From positions 96,001 to 160,000 of the forward strand of contig BK006936.2 of assembly GCA_000146045.2 (NCBI GenBank): a DNA stretch of 64,000 nt. The letters run 5' to 3'. Below are positions 1 through 9,688 of the stretch, piece after piece. Both the position numbers and the translations under genes were made by a program. Source of the DNA: TPA_inf: Saccharomyces (Eukaryota). The notes beneath the pieces are model-generated. The model was not told where the DNA came from. It saw nothing but the letters and a program-made list of their open reading frames with translations, and made no database searches. Each line of letters opens with the position of its first letter. The stretch's first letter is position 1.

Positions 1-668
1 TCTGGTATAGGCAATAATAATATTATCCAAATGGAAAAAAAAAAAATGAACAGGTGAAAAAAAATCAATTTGAAAACCAAAGAAAAACTCTATTGATTCC
101 TTTGCTGTTGTCGACCTTCTTTCACACAATAGTTCAATTACGTTCTTTGGGTTCTTTATCTTTATAGTTATCTTGCCTCATCTCTATGTTCAACACTTTC
201 GGATCGATGTATTTTTCAGCCTTCCGCTAAAATTGACGACCGTCTCCAAACGAATAGGGATAAAGAAGCAAGGACTGAGCGTTGGAGAAAAAAAAAAAGT
301 TACCGGAATGGGAATAGATAGATACCTATAAGAAGCGTTATCGTTACTCATGAATTTTGGTAAATGCACACGGATAAATGCATGATATATAAAATATTAA
401 TAAGAATAAAATAAATAGGTAGTGAATAAATATTCTACTTTGGTGTGGTCATCATTTTACAAAGGAGGGAGGTCGTGATAACAAACTGATAAATAATCCT
501 TAAGTTGATCCATTCTTGAATATTGTTACATTGGAAATAATCCGAAAAAGAATATGTATAAATAAAAGGACTCGAAGTCCTATGTAGCCGTCTTTGCAAA
601 TTTTCTTTAATAAATTAGCAGAAAACAAGGGTAATAATATTTCTTAGAATATTAGAAGAATATAGGCG

Positions 669-3600
669 TTAAAAACCTTGTTCCATGTTCATATCGAACC
701 AACCAAAAAAGTCATCATTACTGGAGTTGCCTTCAATCCAGCCTGCACTTTGTTGCTGAAAAAAATCCGTTAGTTTGTTTCCAGGAGTCTTCACGTTGTT
801 TTCATTATCGATGGTTTGGAAGTTAGAAGAAGTTACAGTGTTAGTGCCCGTAGAAAATCGTTGGTTCGTTTTGTTGCTATTGATATCATTACTTTTGGAA
901 AACAAGCTCAGAGGTGGATATGCCGTGCTTTTAGAGGAGCCGGGGTCGGAAACGACGGAATGCAAATCTGTCATATTATTTGACTTCGAAGCAATCGGTG
1001 TACGTGAATGGGACATACTACTTTGTGATCTTCCAATCGCGTTGGCGTTGCTGAATTGATTATTATAATTCATGGTGACATTTTGTAAATTACTGTGCTC
1101 CCTTGGAATAGGGTGGTCTATTCCCAATGTAACATTATTAGATAAGTTGCCAACGGGGTGGTTCCTTAACCCTGGAACGGACGCAGGAAAATGATTAACG
1201 GGAGTGCTTACTGATCTTTTCATGGAGAGATCAGGAATTACACTAGGTCCGTTACTATAATAGTCTACCTTAGTACTTTGTGGATTGTTATTCGAAGCGG
1301 GGACAGAAGCCACTGGATAAATTGAATTAGAGGGAATTGATATGTCATTAGACGCATCCAATAACGTCCTATTATTATTATAATCGTTACTATTCGAGGT
1401 ATTAGCGAATAAACTTTGAAATTTTACGCTGCCTGTTTCCCCGAGCATGGAAAGAGGTATCCCGTTAATCTCCATTATAGAACCGTCAGAATCTCCGTTA
1501 TTTGTCTTGGCTAGCTTTTCTGCCTGCTTTAAGGCATTCTTAGTAGGAACTAAAGTGGTAACAGTGGTTCCACTTGGTGTTGTTTTTGTTACAGTTTCAA
1601 AGTCATCTCTGGAGATATGGTTATATAGTGGCAATGGATATAGTTTTCTGTCCGTTATGCCACCCGTAGACGAAGTGCCATTGTAGATACCATTTGAGGA
1701 AAATTTTCTTTTCTTAGCGGCTTTCTCTAAGGCTTGCTTGTTATATTCGGGATCCATTTCCCTTCTTCTCGCCTCGTGAACACACCAAACCAAATCATAG
1801 AATAGAGACCCTGTTAAATGTGATCTCATCCTAGAAATAATACCGTCTTCTTCCACAAAAACTTCTGGATGCATGATCAGTACGAAGTTCAGTTTTTCTA
1901 ACATACTTGCAGTTCTCGAAATATCATTCTCAACACTAGTGGCCCACGCAGTTAACTGATTTCTATAAAGTCTATGGATAGTGACCACGGATTGCCTTGC
2001 TGAATCAAAATATTTGTCAGGAAGTAAAGGAGTCAACTGCAATTTAAAGAGAATCAGTGCAGAAAATGTAGCAGCTTGTCTAATATAAATAGGCAGTTCA
2101 ATTAATTGGTGTGTTTCTAAAAGATTATTCAATAGAGTGACAATTTTAGTAGCTGTTAGATAGGCCTCTGTGACATATGGAATTTGATCGGTAGGAGGTG
2201 TTTCGGGTAGGAATGCAAAACAACAGACAGTTAATTTAACATAAAGAAAATAAATGTTGACAGTATCGTCACTCTGGAAATTTAAAGTTTTTGCTAATAA
2301 ATCTAACTCTTTTCCCAAGATGGACAGTGTCTCAGCACGATACTTTGGTTCCAATAAACCATCAGGACTGGAAGTGGAAGAACCAATGATATGAGACAAT
2401 TTTGCTTGGAAATTCGCCAGGCTGAGCAATCTTCTAAAACTGCCCGGTAGTTTGTATTTACTTTCAACGTGCGGCTCGTCTTTCTTGTTCCTTTTATCAT
2501 TGTTGTTATTGTCAATACTGTCATTGTTATCTTCTTCTGATTCTTCGTCACCACAGGATAAGGCTTTTTCTAATAAATAGTCTGTCTGTGAAGTTGGTGG
2601 CAAACCAAGGATACTCGCCCAACAAAGTTCGGCAAAAAATATTCCCAGCCAAGTCCTAGTTCTCCACTTTTCTGCATTTGGCATTGATGTTTGAGTTCTT
2701 GTGAATTCAGAAATGAATTCACCTCTGTGCAAACCTAATTGATAAGACAGTGACTTTGCTAATCCTACAAAACGGTAAGAACAATCATCTAGGACTTTTT
2801 GGTTAGGCAAAGGCCAAATGCACAATATTAACAAAGCTTGCGAAATATGTGTGGATCTAGGTGTTCTTATCCAGCAGGTCTCTATGGCAAGTTGCTTGAT
2901 CAAAGAGCTTAGCTTGCAATACATCGTCGGTTCAGGATCAGACAGACATGCCGTCAACATCACGGTCCAGAAAAGCAACTGAGATTGGGAGTATAATTCG
3001 GTGGCGTTATTGGAATACATAATAGGAAAATACGGCAGATACCTAGTCACGAAAATATGGTGTAATCTATTCGCTTTTTCAATGGAAATACTAATATCGC
3101 CCAGTACAAACTCATCTACATTTGCATGCGGCGAAGGCAATAATGGCATAGTCGTGGTGGTGGCTACTACCGGCGTCTTCGTCCTATCTGCATTGTTATT
3201 TGTTGCTACGTGGCTTGTTGCTGCAAATGGTGGTTGATTTGTTGTCGTTGTAACGGTGGTCGACGTAGTATGAGGGGAATATGTTTTTTGAATTGGAGAG
3301 AAGGGGCCGTTCGGAGTGTTACCTGCAGAGTTGTTCTTATAAAAAGCCATTTGCAAAGCAGGAGGTAAAGATTCTTTTGAATTATTAGGCAATGCTGAGT
3401 CATTTAGCAGCGGGGGCAGCTTATTTGGCTCTGTTGCAACCAAGCCTTTCGAATCTTGCGCTAAAGAAGATGCGCGCAACGTCATGTGAGAAGATGCTTC
3501 ATTATTTGCTTTAAATTTATTCGTATTGCTGCCCTGATTTGCTTGTAAGAGTTGGGGTTCCCTGGACAAATAAGTTTGAACTGAAACCTTAGAATCTCGT

Positions 3601-4115
3601 TGAGCCGCGGAAGAAGTTGGAGAACCTGAGGAAGGAGAAGAATCTGGGTTAGGGATAATAGTACCCGGAGTTGGAGTTGGATGCAGATTGAGCTTATTCA
3701 AAAGGCTATTGCCCATGGGAATCTGTTGTAAAAGATGAACGAAAACGCTGTCATTGGCCAGAAGAGTATCGAGTTTAGATTTGATTTCATCCACATCTTG
3801 TCTCAGTAGTTGCAACTGTGAGCCCTTCTTAGGCCTGAATTGAGGATTGATTTCACAGTGGAGACCAATTTTTTCGCATCTGGAGCAAGGATGAGGGAAA
3901 TTTTGACTAGCATCGCATTTGATTTTGTGCTGTCTACAATGTGTACATGAGGTAACTGGTCTATGGTTGATTTGATGACTGTCATCATGGTGAGATATTC
4001 GTTGTTTCTTACTTGGGAACTGGTGCTGTTGCAACTGTTGCTGCTCCGGTTGTCTTTTCATGTGAGCAGAACTAAAATCTTGGTCTTGGTCAGAATCTCG
4101 ATTATCCTTCACCAT
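669..4115 (-). CDS. SEF1: Zn(II)2Cys6 binuclear-cluster transcription factor. The first ATG is at 4115-4113 and gives a 1148-aa product. The ORF track extends 9 codons further to a TTG.
   Basis: Cys6 zinc-cluster motif CTHCRQHKIKCD...CSRCEKIGLHC near the N-terminus, with the fungal transcription-factor middle homology region. Long N/S/T-rich low-complexity tails. Position left of PRX1/KIP1 matches YBL066C. Confidence 0.85.
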   Translation of the reverse strand: MVKDNRDSDQDQDFSSAHMKRQPEQQQLQQHQFPSKKQRISHHDDSHQINHRPVTSCTHCRQHKIKCDASQNFPHPCSRCEKIGLHCEINPQFRPKKGSQLQLLRQDVDEIKSKLDTLLANDSVFVHLLQQIPMGNSLLNKLNLHPTPTPGTIIPNPDSSPSSGSPTSSAAQRDSKVSVQTYLSREPQLLQANQGSNTNKFKANNEASSHMTLRASSLAQDSKGLVATEPNKLPPLLNDSALPNNSKESLPPALQMAFYKNNSAGNTPNGPFSPIQKTYSPHTTSTTVTTTTNQPPFAATSHVATNNNADRTKTPVVATTTTMPLLPSPHANVDEFVLGDISISIEKANRLHHIFVTRYLPYFPIMYSNNATELYSQSQLLFWTVMLTACLSDPEPTMYCKLSSLIKQLAIETCWIRTPRSTHISQALLILCIWPLPNQKVLDDCSYRFVGLAKSLSYQLGLHRGEFISEFTRTQTSMPNAEKWRTRTWLGIFFAELCWASILGLPPTSQTDYLLEKALSCGDEESEEDNNDSIDNNNNDKRNKKDEPHVESKYKLPGSFRRLLSLANFQAKLSHIIGSSTSSPDGLLEPKYRAETLSILGKELDLLAKTLNFQSDDTVNIYFLYVKLTVCCFAFLPETPPTDQIPYVTEAYLTATKIVTLLNNLLETHQLIELPIYIRQAATFSALILFKLQLTPLLPDKYFDSARQSVVTIHRLYRNQLTAWATSVENDISRTASMLEKLNFVLIMHPEVFVEEDGIISRMRSHLTGSLFYDLVWCVHEARRREMDPEYNKQALEKAAKKRKFSSNGIYNGTSSTGGITDRKLYPLPLYNHISRDDFETVTKTTPSGTTVTTLVPTKNALKQAEKLAKTNNGDSDGSIMEINGIPLSMLGETGSVKFQSLFANTSNSNDYNNNRTLLDASNDISIPSNSIYPVASVPASNNNPQSTKVDYYSNGPSVIPDLSMKRSVSTPVNHFPASVPGLRNHPVGNLSNNVTLGIDHPIPREHSNLQNVTMNYNNQFSNANAIGRSQSSMSHSRTPIASKSNNMTDLHSVVSDPGSSKSTAYPPLSLFSKSNDINSNKTNQRFSTGTNTVTSSNFQTIDNENNVKTPGNKLTDFFQQQSAGWIEGNSSNDDFFGWFDMNMEQGF

Positions 4116-4307
4116 GACGAGAATGCGTATACGCAGAGCCAATATAATCTGTATACGGGACCTTTGACATTAAGGTTTCTGCAGAGAGTTTATTACATGC
4201 ATTTTCATATATATATTTTTAACGCCATTCCTTTACGGTATGTAAAGAAAAATGATCCAATGAGCGGCCCTTCGTACGAGATGAGATATAATAAGAATGA
4301 AAGATAG
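3963..4307 (+). other. YBL065W: Dubious ORF antisense to the SEF1 5' end (YBL065W-like); probably non-coding.
   Basis: 114-codon ORF that fully overlaps the SEF1 N-terminal coding region on the opposite strand. Low-complexity translation. Confidence 0.3.
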
Positions 4308-4370
4308 ATAAAAGTTTTAGTTAGAGATACTTCATATACCTGTATATAGTAAAGTCGTTTATTTCAAAGC

Positions 4371-5156
4371 TTATTTCGACTTGGTGAATCTTAAATAGGG
4401 TTTAATTTCATTAAATTGACCAAATTTAGCCTTCGCCTCATCATTGGAGACAGAGGGAGGAATAATGACATCGTCAGCTGGCTGCCAATTAATTGGAGTT
4501 ACTACGCCCTCCTTGTCAGTCAATTGCAAGGCGTCGATTACCCTTAACACTTCAGAAGTGTTTCTTCCGACGGTGGAAGGGTAGGTAAAAATCAGTCTAA
4601 TCTTCTTCTTGGGATCGATGACGAAAACAGACCTCACGGTCTTCAGTGACCCATCATTGATATTTTTGAATCCTTCGGCATCTACCATATCATATAGGAA
4701 TGCCACGTTTCTAAAAGTGTCACCAATTATTGGGAAACCAACATTTTTAACCTTTGCTATTTCCTTGATGTCTTGAATCCATTTTTCGTGGGACTCAACA
4801 TCTTCCACTGAAAGCCCGATCAATTTAACATTTCTCTTGTCGAATTCCGGCTTCAATTTGGCGAATGCGCTGACTTCGGTGGTGCAGACAGGGGTGAAAT
4901 CTGCTGGGTGAGAAAACAAGACCCCCCAAGAGTCGCCCAAGTAGTCGTAAAAATTGATTTTACCAACCGTTGTGTCAGCATCAAAGTTAGGAGCATCAGA
5001 GTTTATTCTTAGTCTTGGTTGATCACTTTGTTTGAATTGTTTGCACAGAATAGGTGCTGTGGCAAATGTTTTAATCGTCTGTGATTGCAAGTGAGCCTGC
5101 TTAGGAAGGGTCCATGCCGTCCTCTTTAATTGAGCGCTACAAATTCTACTAAACAT
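4371..5156 (-). CDS. PRX1: Mitochondrial 1-Cys peroxiredoxin, 261 aa.
   Basis: Peroxiredoxin motif FTPVCTTE with the peroxidatic Cys. N-terminal mitochondrial presequence. ATG confirmed at 5156-5154. Confidence 0.95.
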   Translation of the reverse strand: MFSRICSAQLKRTAWTLPKQAHLQSQTIKTFATAPILCKQFKQSDQPRLRINSDAPNFDADTTVGKINFYDYLGDSWGVLFSHPADFTPVCTTEVSAFAKLKPEFDKRNVKLIGLSVEDVESHEKWIQDIKEIAKVKNVGFPIIGDTFRNVAFLYDMVDAEGFKNINDGSLKTVRSVFVIDPKKKIRLIFTYPSTVGRNTSEVLRVIDALQLTDKEGVVTPINWQPADDVIIPPSVSNDEAKAKFGQFNEIKPYLRFTKSK

Positions 5157-5773
5157 CCTTTGCTTCCTGCTTCTTTGAAATTTATCTCATCCTACTGCGA
5201 GAATCTAGAAGCACAATTTTCTATATCTCTCCTTCTCTCTTTATATACCAATAGCAGCAACATCCGGCCCCTTGTTTCTTTACGTAATTAAAAATCTCCG
5301 GGGCTAGCTTTTGCCGGGGAACCCATCCCGAAAAAATTGCAAAAAAAAAAATAGCCGCCGACCGTTGGTCGCTATTCACGGAATGATAGAAAAATAGCCG
5401 CGCTGCTCGTCCTGGGTGACCTTTTGTATATTGTATAAAGATAAACATAGTGCTATCAGGAATATCTTTATATACACACGCATACTGAATGTGGTTGAAG
5501 TTCAAAAAATATCACAAACGTTAAGAAGTTTTACTGGTAAACATATAGACATAGTGGAGCGCTTGCTCGAGGTCAAATGCAGACGGATACGAGAGCGCGG
5601 GAGGGAAACCGGAGAAGGTCAATATGCCCATAATTCTTCTTCTTTGAGGTTGGCAATTATATATTGTATCTGAATTAGGCAAATAGAAAAGAGACCTTAC
5701 CATTAGCGCCATCGTAGAGTCCCATTTCACCTTTTCTTAGTTCTTTATATATGTCTGCGTATGGCCCACATAT

Positions 5774-5790
5774 GCGCGCACAGTGCGCGC
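5774..5790. promoter_or_regulatory. Perfect 17-bp palindrome GCGCGCAC-A-GTGCGCGC (two CGCGC cores) in the PRX1/KIP1 divergent promoter.
   Basis: Read directly from the sequence. CGCGC is the reported Rsc3/Rsc30 motif found in nucleosome-depleted promoter regions. Confidence 0.4.
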
Positions 5791-5885
5791 CACCCTCTAA
5801 GAACGATAAACATAAAATAAACACATAAACAATCAACGACAGTTCGCGCTTCCCTCACTAAATATGGCGAGATAGTTAAACAATC

Positions 5886-8800
5886 ATGGCTCGTTCTTCC
5901 TTGCCCAACCGCCGCACCGCCCAGTTCGAAGCGAACAAGAGGAGGACCATTGCACATGCTCCATCTCCAAGTCTTTCAAATGGGATGCACACTCTAACGC
6001 CGCCCACCTGTAACAATGGTGCTGCCACTTCAGACTCCAATATACATGTATATGTAAGGTGCAGATCGCGTAATAAGCGAGAAATAGAGGAAAAAAGTAG
6101 TGTAGTTATATCTACACTAGGCCCACAAGGGAAAGAAATCATTCTGTCCAACGGTTCTCACCAATCGTATTCGTCCTCGAAGAAAACTTACCAATTTGAT
6201 CAGGTGTTCGGCGCAGAATCTGACCAGGAAACAGTGTTTAATGCCACTGCAAAAAACTACATTAAGGAAATGTTGCACGGGTACAATTGTACAATATTTG
6301 CATACGGTCAAACGGGAACAGGTAAAACCTACACTATGTCTGGCGATATAAATATTCTCGGTGATGTGCAATCTACCGATAATCTATTATTAGGAGAGCA
6401 TGCAGGTATCATACCACGGGTTCTGGTCGATTTGTTTAAAGAATTGAGCTCCTTAAATAAAGAGTACTCCGTAAAAATATCCTTTTTAGAGTTGTACAAT
6501 GAAAATTTGAAAGATCTGCTCTCTGATAGTGAGGACGATGATCCTGCAGTCAACGATCCCAAGAGGCAGATTCGTATTTTTGACAATAACAACAATAATT
6601 CATCCATCATGGTCAAGGGGATGCAGGAAATCTTTATTAACTCTGCACACGAAGGCTTGAATTTGCTAATGCAGGGTTCGTTAAAAAGGAAAGTGGCCGC
6701 TACTAAATGCAACGATCTTTCATCAAGGTCTCACACCGTCTTTACAATCACAACAAACATAGTTGAGCAAGATAGCAAAGACCATGGACAAAACAAAAAT
6801 TTTGTTAAAATTGGCAAATTGAATTTGGTGGATTTGGCAGGCAGTGAAAACATCAACAGATCGGGTGCGGAGAATAAAAGGGCTCAAGAAGCTGGCCTAA
6901 TAAACAAATCGCTGCTAACACTAGGCCGTGTTATCAACGCACTCGTTGATCATTCTAACCATATACCTTACAGAGAATCTAAGCTAACAAGATTGCTACA
7001 AGACTCTTTAGGTGGTATGACGAAAACATGCATTATCGCAACTATATCACCTGCGAAAATATCCATGGAAGAGACTGCAAGTACGCTAGAATATGCAACG
7101 AGAGCCAAATCAATTAAGAATACTCCACAAGTAAATCAGTCTTTATCGAAGGATACATGTCTCAAAGACTACATTCAAGAGATTGAAAAATTAAGAAATG
7201 ATTTGAAAAATTCAAGAAACAAACAAGGTATATTTATAACTCAAGATCAGTTGGACCTTTACGAGAGCAATTCTATCTTGATTGATGAGCAAAATCTAAA
7301 AATACATAACCTGCGAGAACAAATTAAAAAATTCAAAGAAAACTACCTGAACCAATTAGATATCAATAATCTTTTACAGTCTGAAAAGGAAAAACTAATT
7401 GCCATAATACAGAATTTTAATGTCGATTTTTCTAACTTTTACTCGGAAATCCAAAAAATTCACCATACTAATCTCGAACTAATGAATGAAGTCATACAAC
7501 AGAGAGATTTTTCACTAGAAAATTCTCAAAAACAGTATAATACGAACCAGAACATGCAATTAAAAATCTCTCAACAAGTTTTACAGACTTTGAACACTTT
7601 ACAGGGCTCTTTAAATAATTATAACTCTAAATGTTCCGAAGTTATCAAAGGCGTCACCGAAGAACTAACCAGGAACGTAAATACCCATAAGGCGAAACAC
7701 GATTCTACTCTCAAATCGTTATTAAACATTACTACTAACTTATTGATGAATCAGATGAACGAACTGGTGCGTAGTATTTCGACTTCATTGGAAATATTTC
7801 AGAGTGATTCTACTTCTCACTATCGTAAAGATTTGAATGAAATCTACCAATCACATCAACAATTTCTAAAAAATTTACAAAACGATATTAAAAGCTGTCT
7901 TGATTCGATAGGCAGTTCAATTCTAACTTCCATAAACGAAATATCGCAAAATTGCACCACTAACTTGAATAGTATGAATGTTTTAATAGAAAACCAGCAG
8001 TCAGGATCATCGAAATTAATTAAAGAGCAAGATTTAGAAATAAAAAAACTGAAAAACGATCTGATCAATGAGCGCAGGATTTCTAACCAATTCAACCAAC
8101 AGTTGGCTGAAATGAAGCGATATTTTCAGGATCACGTTTCCAGGACGCGTAGTGAATTCCACGACGAACTTAACAAATGTATCGATAACCTAAAAGATAA
8201 ACAATCTAAGTTGGATCAAGATATCTGGCAGAAGACGGCCTCTATTTTCAACGAAACAGATATCGTAGTTAATAAAATTCATTCCGACTCAATAGCATCC
8301 CTCGCTCATAATGCTGAAAACACTTTGAAAACGGTTTCTCAGAACAATGAAAGCTTTACTAACGATTTAATCAGTCTATCACGCGGAATGAACATGGACA
8401 TATCCTCCAAACTGAGAAGTTTGCCCATCAATGAATTTTTAAACAAGATATCACAAACCATTTGTGAAACCTGTGGCGATGATAACACAATCGCATCAAA
8501 TCCAGTATTGACCTCTATTAAAAAATTTCAAAATATAATTTGTTCAGACATTGCCCTAACAAATGAGAAGATCATGTCATTAATAGATGAAATACAATCA
8601 CAAATTGAAACCATATCTAATGAAAACAATATCAATTTGATTGCAATAAATGAAAATTTTAATTCTTTGTGCAATTTTATATTAACTGATTACGATGAGA
8701 ATATTATGCAAATCTCAAAAACACAAGATGAGGTGCTTTCTGAACATTGCGAGAAGCTACAATCACTGAAAATACTGGGTATGGACATTTTCACTGCTCA

Positions 8801-9221
8801 CAGCATAGAAAAACCCCTTCATGAGCATACAAGACCTGAAGCGTCAGTAATCAAGGCTTTACCCTTATTGGATTATCCAAAACAATTTCAGATTTATAGG
8901 GATGCTGAAAATAAGAGCAAAGACGACACATCTAATTCTCGTACTTGTATACCAAACTTGTCAACTAATGAAAATTTTCCTCTTTCACAATTCAGTCCAA
9001 AAACCCCAGTGCCAGTGCCTGATCAACCTCTACCAAAAGTTCTTATACCGAAAAGCATAAACTCGGCCAAGTCCAATAGATCAAAGACCTTACCAAATAC
9101 AGAGGGTACTGGACGAGAATCGCAGAACAATTTGAAGAGAAGATTTACCACCGAGCCAATATTGAAGGGAGAAGAAACTGAAAATAATGACATACTGCAA
9201 AATAAAAAACTTCATCAATAA
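5886..9221 (+). CDS. KIP1: Kinesin-5 (BimC family) motor protein, 1111 aa.
   Basis: N-terminal kinesin motor domain with P-loop GQTGTGKT, switch motifs SSRSH and DLAGSE, then a long coiled-coil tail. Confidence 0.95.
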   Translation: MARSSLPNRRTAQFEANKRRTIAHAPSPSLSNGMHTLTPPTCNNGAATSDSNIHVYVRCRSRNKREIEEKSSVVISTLGPQGKEIILSNGSHQSYSSSKKTYQFDQVFGAESDQETVFNATAKNYIKEMLHGYNCTIFAYGQTGTGKTYTMSGDINILGDVQSTDNLLLGEHAGIIPRVLVDLFKELSSLNKEYSVKISFLELYNENLKDLLSDSEDDDPAVNDPKRQIRIFDNNNNNSSIMVKGMQEIFINSAHEGLNLLMQGSLKRKVAATKCNDLSSRSHTVFTITTNIVEQDSKDHGQNKNFVKIGKLNLVDLAGSENINRSGAENKRAQEAGLINKSLLTLGRVINALVDHSNHIPYRESKLTRLLQDSLGGMTKTCIIATISPAKISMEETASTLEYATRAKSIKNTPQVNQSLSKDTCLKDYIQEIEKLRNDLKNSRNKQGIFITQDQLDLYESNSILIDEQNLKIHNLREQIKKFKENYLNQLDINNLLQSEKEKLIAIIQNFNVDFSNFYSEIQKIHHTNLELMNEVIQQRDFSLENSQKQYNTNQNMQLKISQQVLQTLNTLQGSLNNYNSKCSEVIKGVTEELTRNVNTHKAKHDSTLKSLLNITTNLLMNQMNELVRSISTSLEIFQSDSTSHYRKDLNEIYQSHQQFLKNLQNDIKSCLDSIGSSILTSINEISQNCTTNLNSMNVLIENQQSGSSKLIKEQDLEIKKLKNDLINERRISNQFNQQLAEMKRYFQDHVSRTRSEFHDELNKCIDNLKDKQSKLDQDIWQKTASIFNETDIVVNKIHSDSIASLAHNAENTLKTVSQNNESFTNDLISLSRGMNMDISSKLRSLPINEFLNKISQTICETCGDDNTIASNPVLTSIKKFQNIICSDIALTNEKIMSLIDEIQSQIETISNENNINLIAINENFNSLCNFILTDYDENIMQISKTQDEVLSEHCEKLQSLKILGMDIFTAHSIEKPLHEHTRPEASVIKALPLLDYPKQFQIYRDAENKSKDDTSNSRTCIPNLSTNENFPLSQFSPKTPVPVPDQPLPKVLIPKSINSAKSNRSKTLPNTEGTGRESQNNLKRRFTTEPILKGEETENNDILQNKKLHQ

Positions 9222-9307
9222 GGGGATATAGCCATTGTAAAATATTTGTATCACTATATGCATTGAGTGTAAACTGTTGCACCTATAAAGAATGAAAACA
9301 ATCTAGT

Positions 9308-9688
9308 ATGTGTACTTACATAATTACACAGTCTTTTTTTTTTTTACCTTGTTTATCCTTCTTGTTCTTCAAGCTTGTAGGTTTTTTTGACTCAGTTTTT
9401 ACTGCAGGAAAATCTTTACGAATCATGTTTGAACTGCCCATATTTGATAAACTAACTTCTTGCTTTGCTGCCATCGACTGCTCAGCAACTTCCCTTGACA
9501 TTCCCTTTGCTGAGGAAGAACTTTTCCTGATGCTTGTATCAGAACCCGTTTTAATACCATTTCTATTCGTGTTTGAATTCATGTTAATTTGCAAACCTTG
9601 TGGCTCACGATCACGTTTTGGATTTCCAGTAAAGAATGTTTCAGATTTTGAAGAAACTCTTGAATTTGACCCTACGTTACTTGTTTGA
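9308..9688 (+). other. YBL062W: Dubious ORF antisense to the SKT5 3' end (YBL062W-like).
   Basis: 126 codons, entirely inside SKT5 on the opposite strand. Confidence 0.25.

Noticed and set aside
1-668. Possible feature at the window's left edge (AT-rich, A-tracts)
   Set aside because: There is no long ORF, no tRNA box and no LTR terminus. It is probably intergenic sequence: the SEF1 3' region together with the promoter of the next gene to the left, which lies outside the window.
5221-6151. Cluster of 60-94-aa ORFs on both strands between PRX1 and KIP1
   Set aside because: These lie in a divergent promoter region and have no codon-usage or domain signal. Several use non-ATG starts. They are ORF-finder noise.
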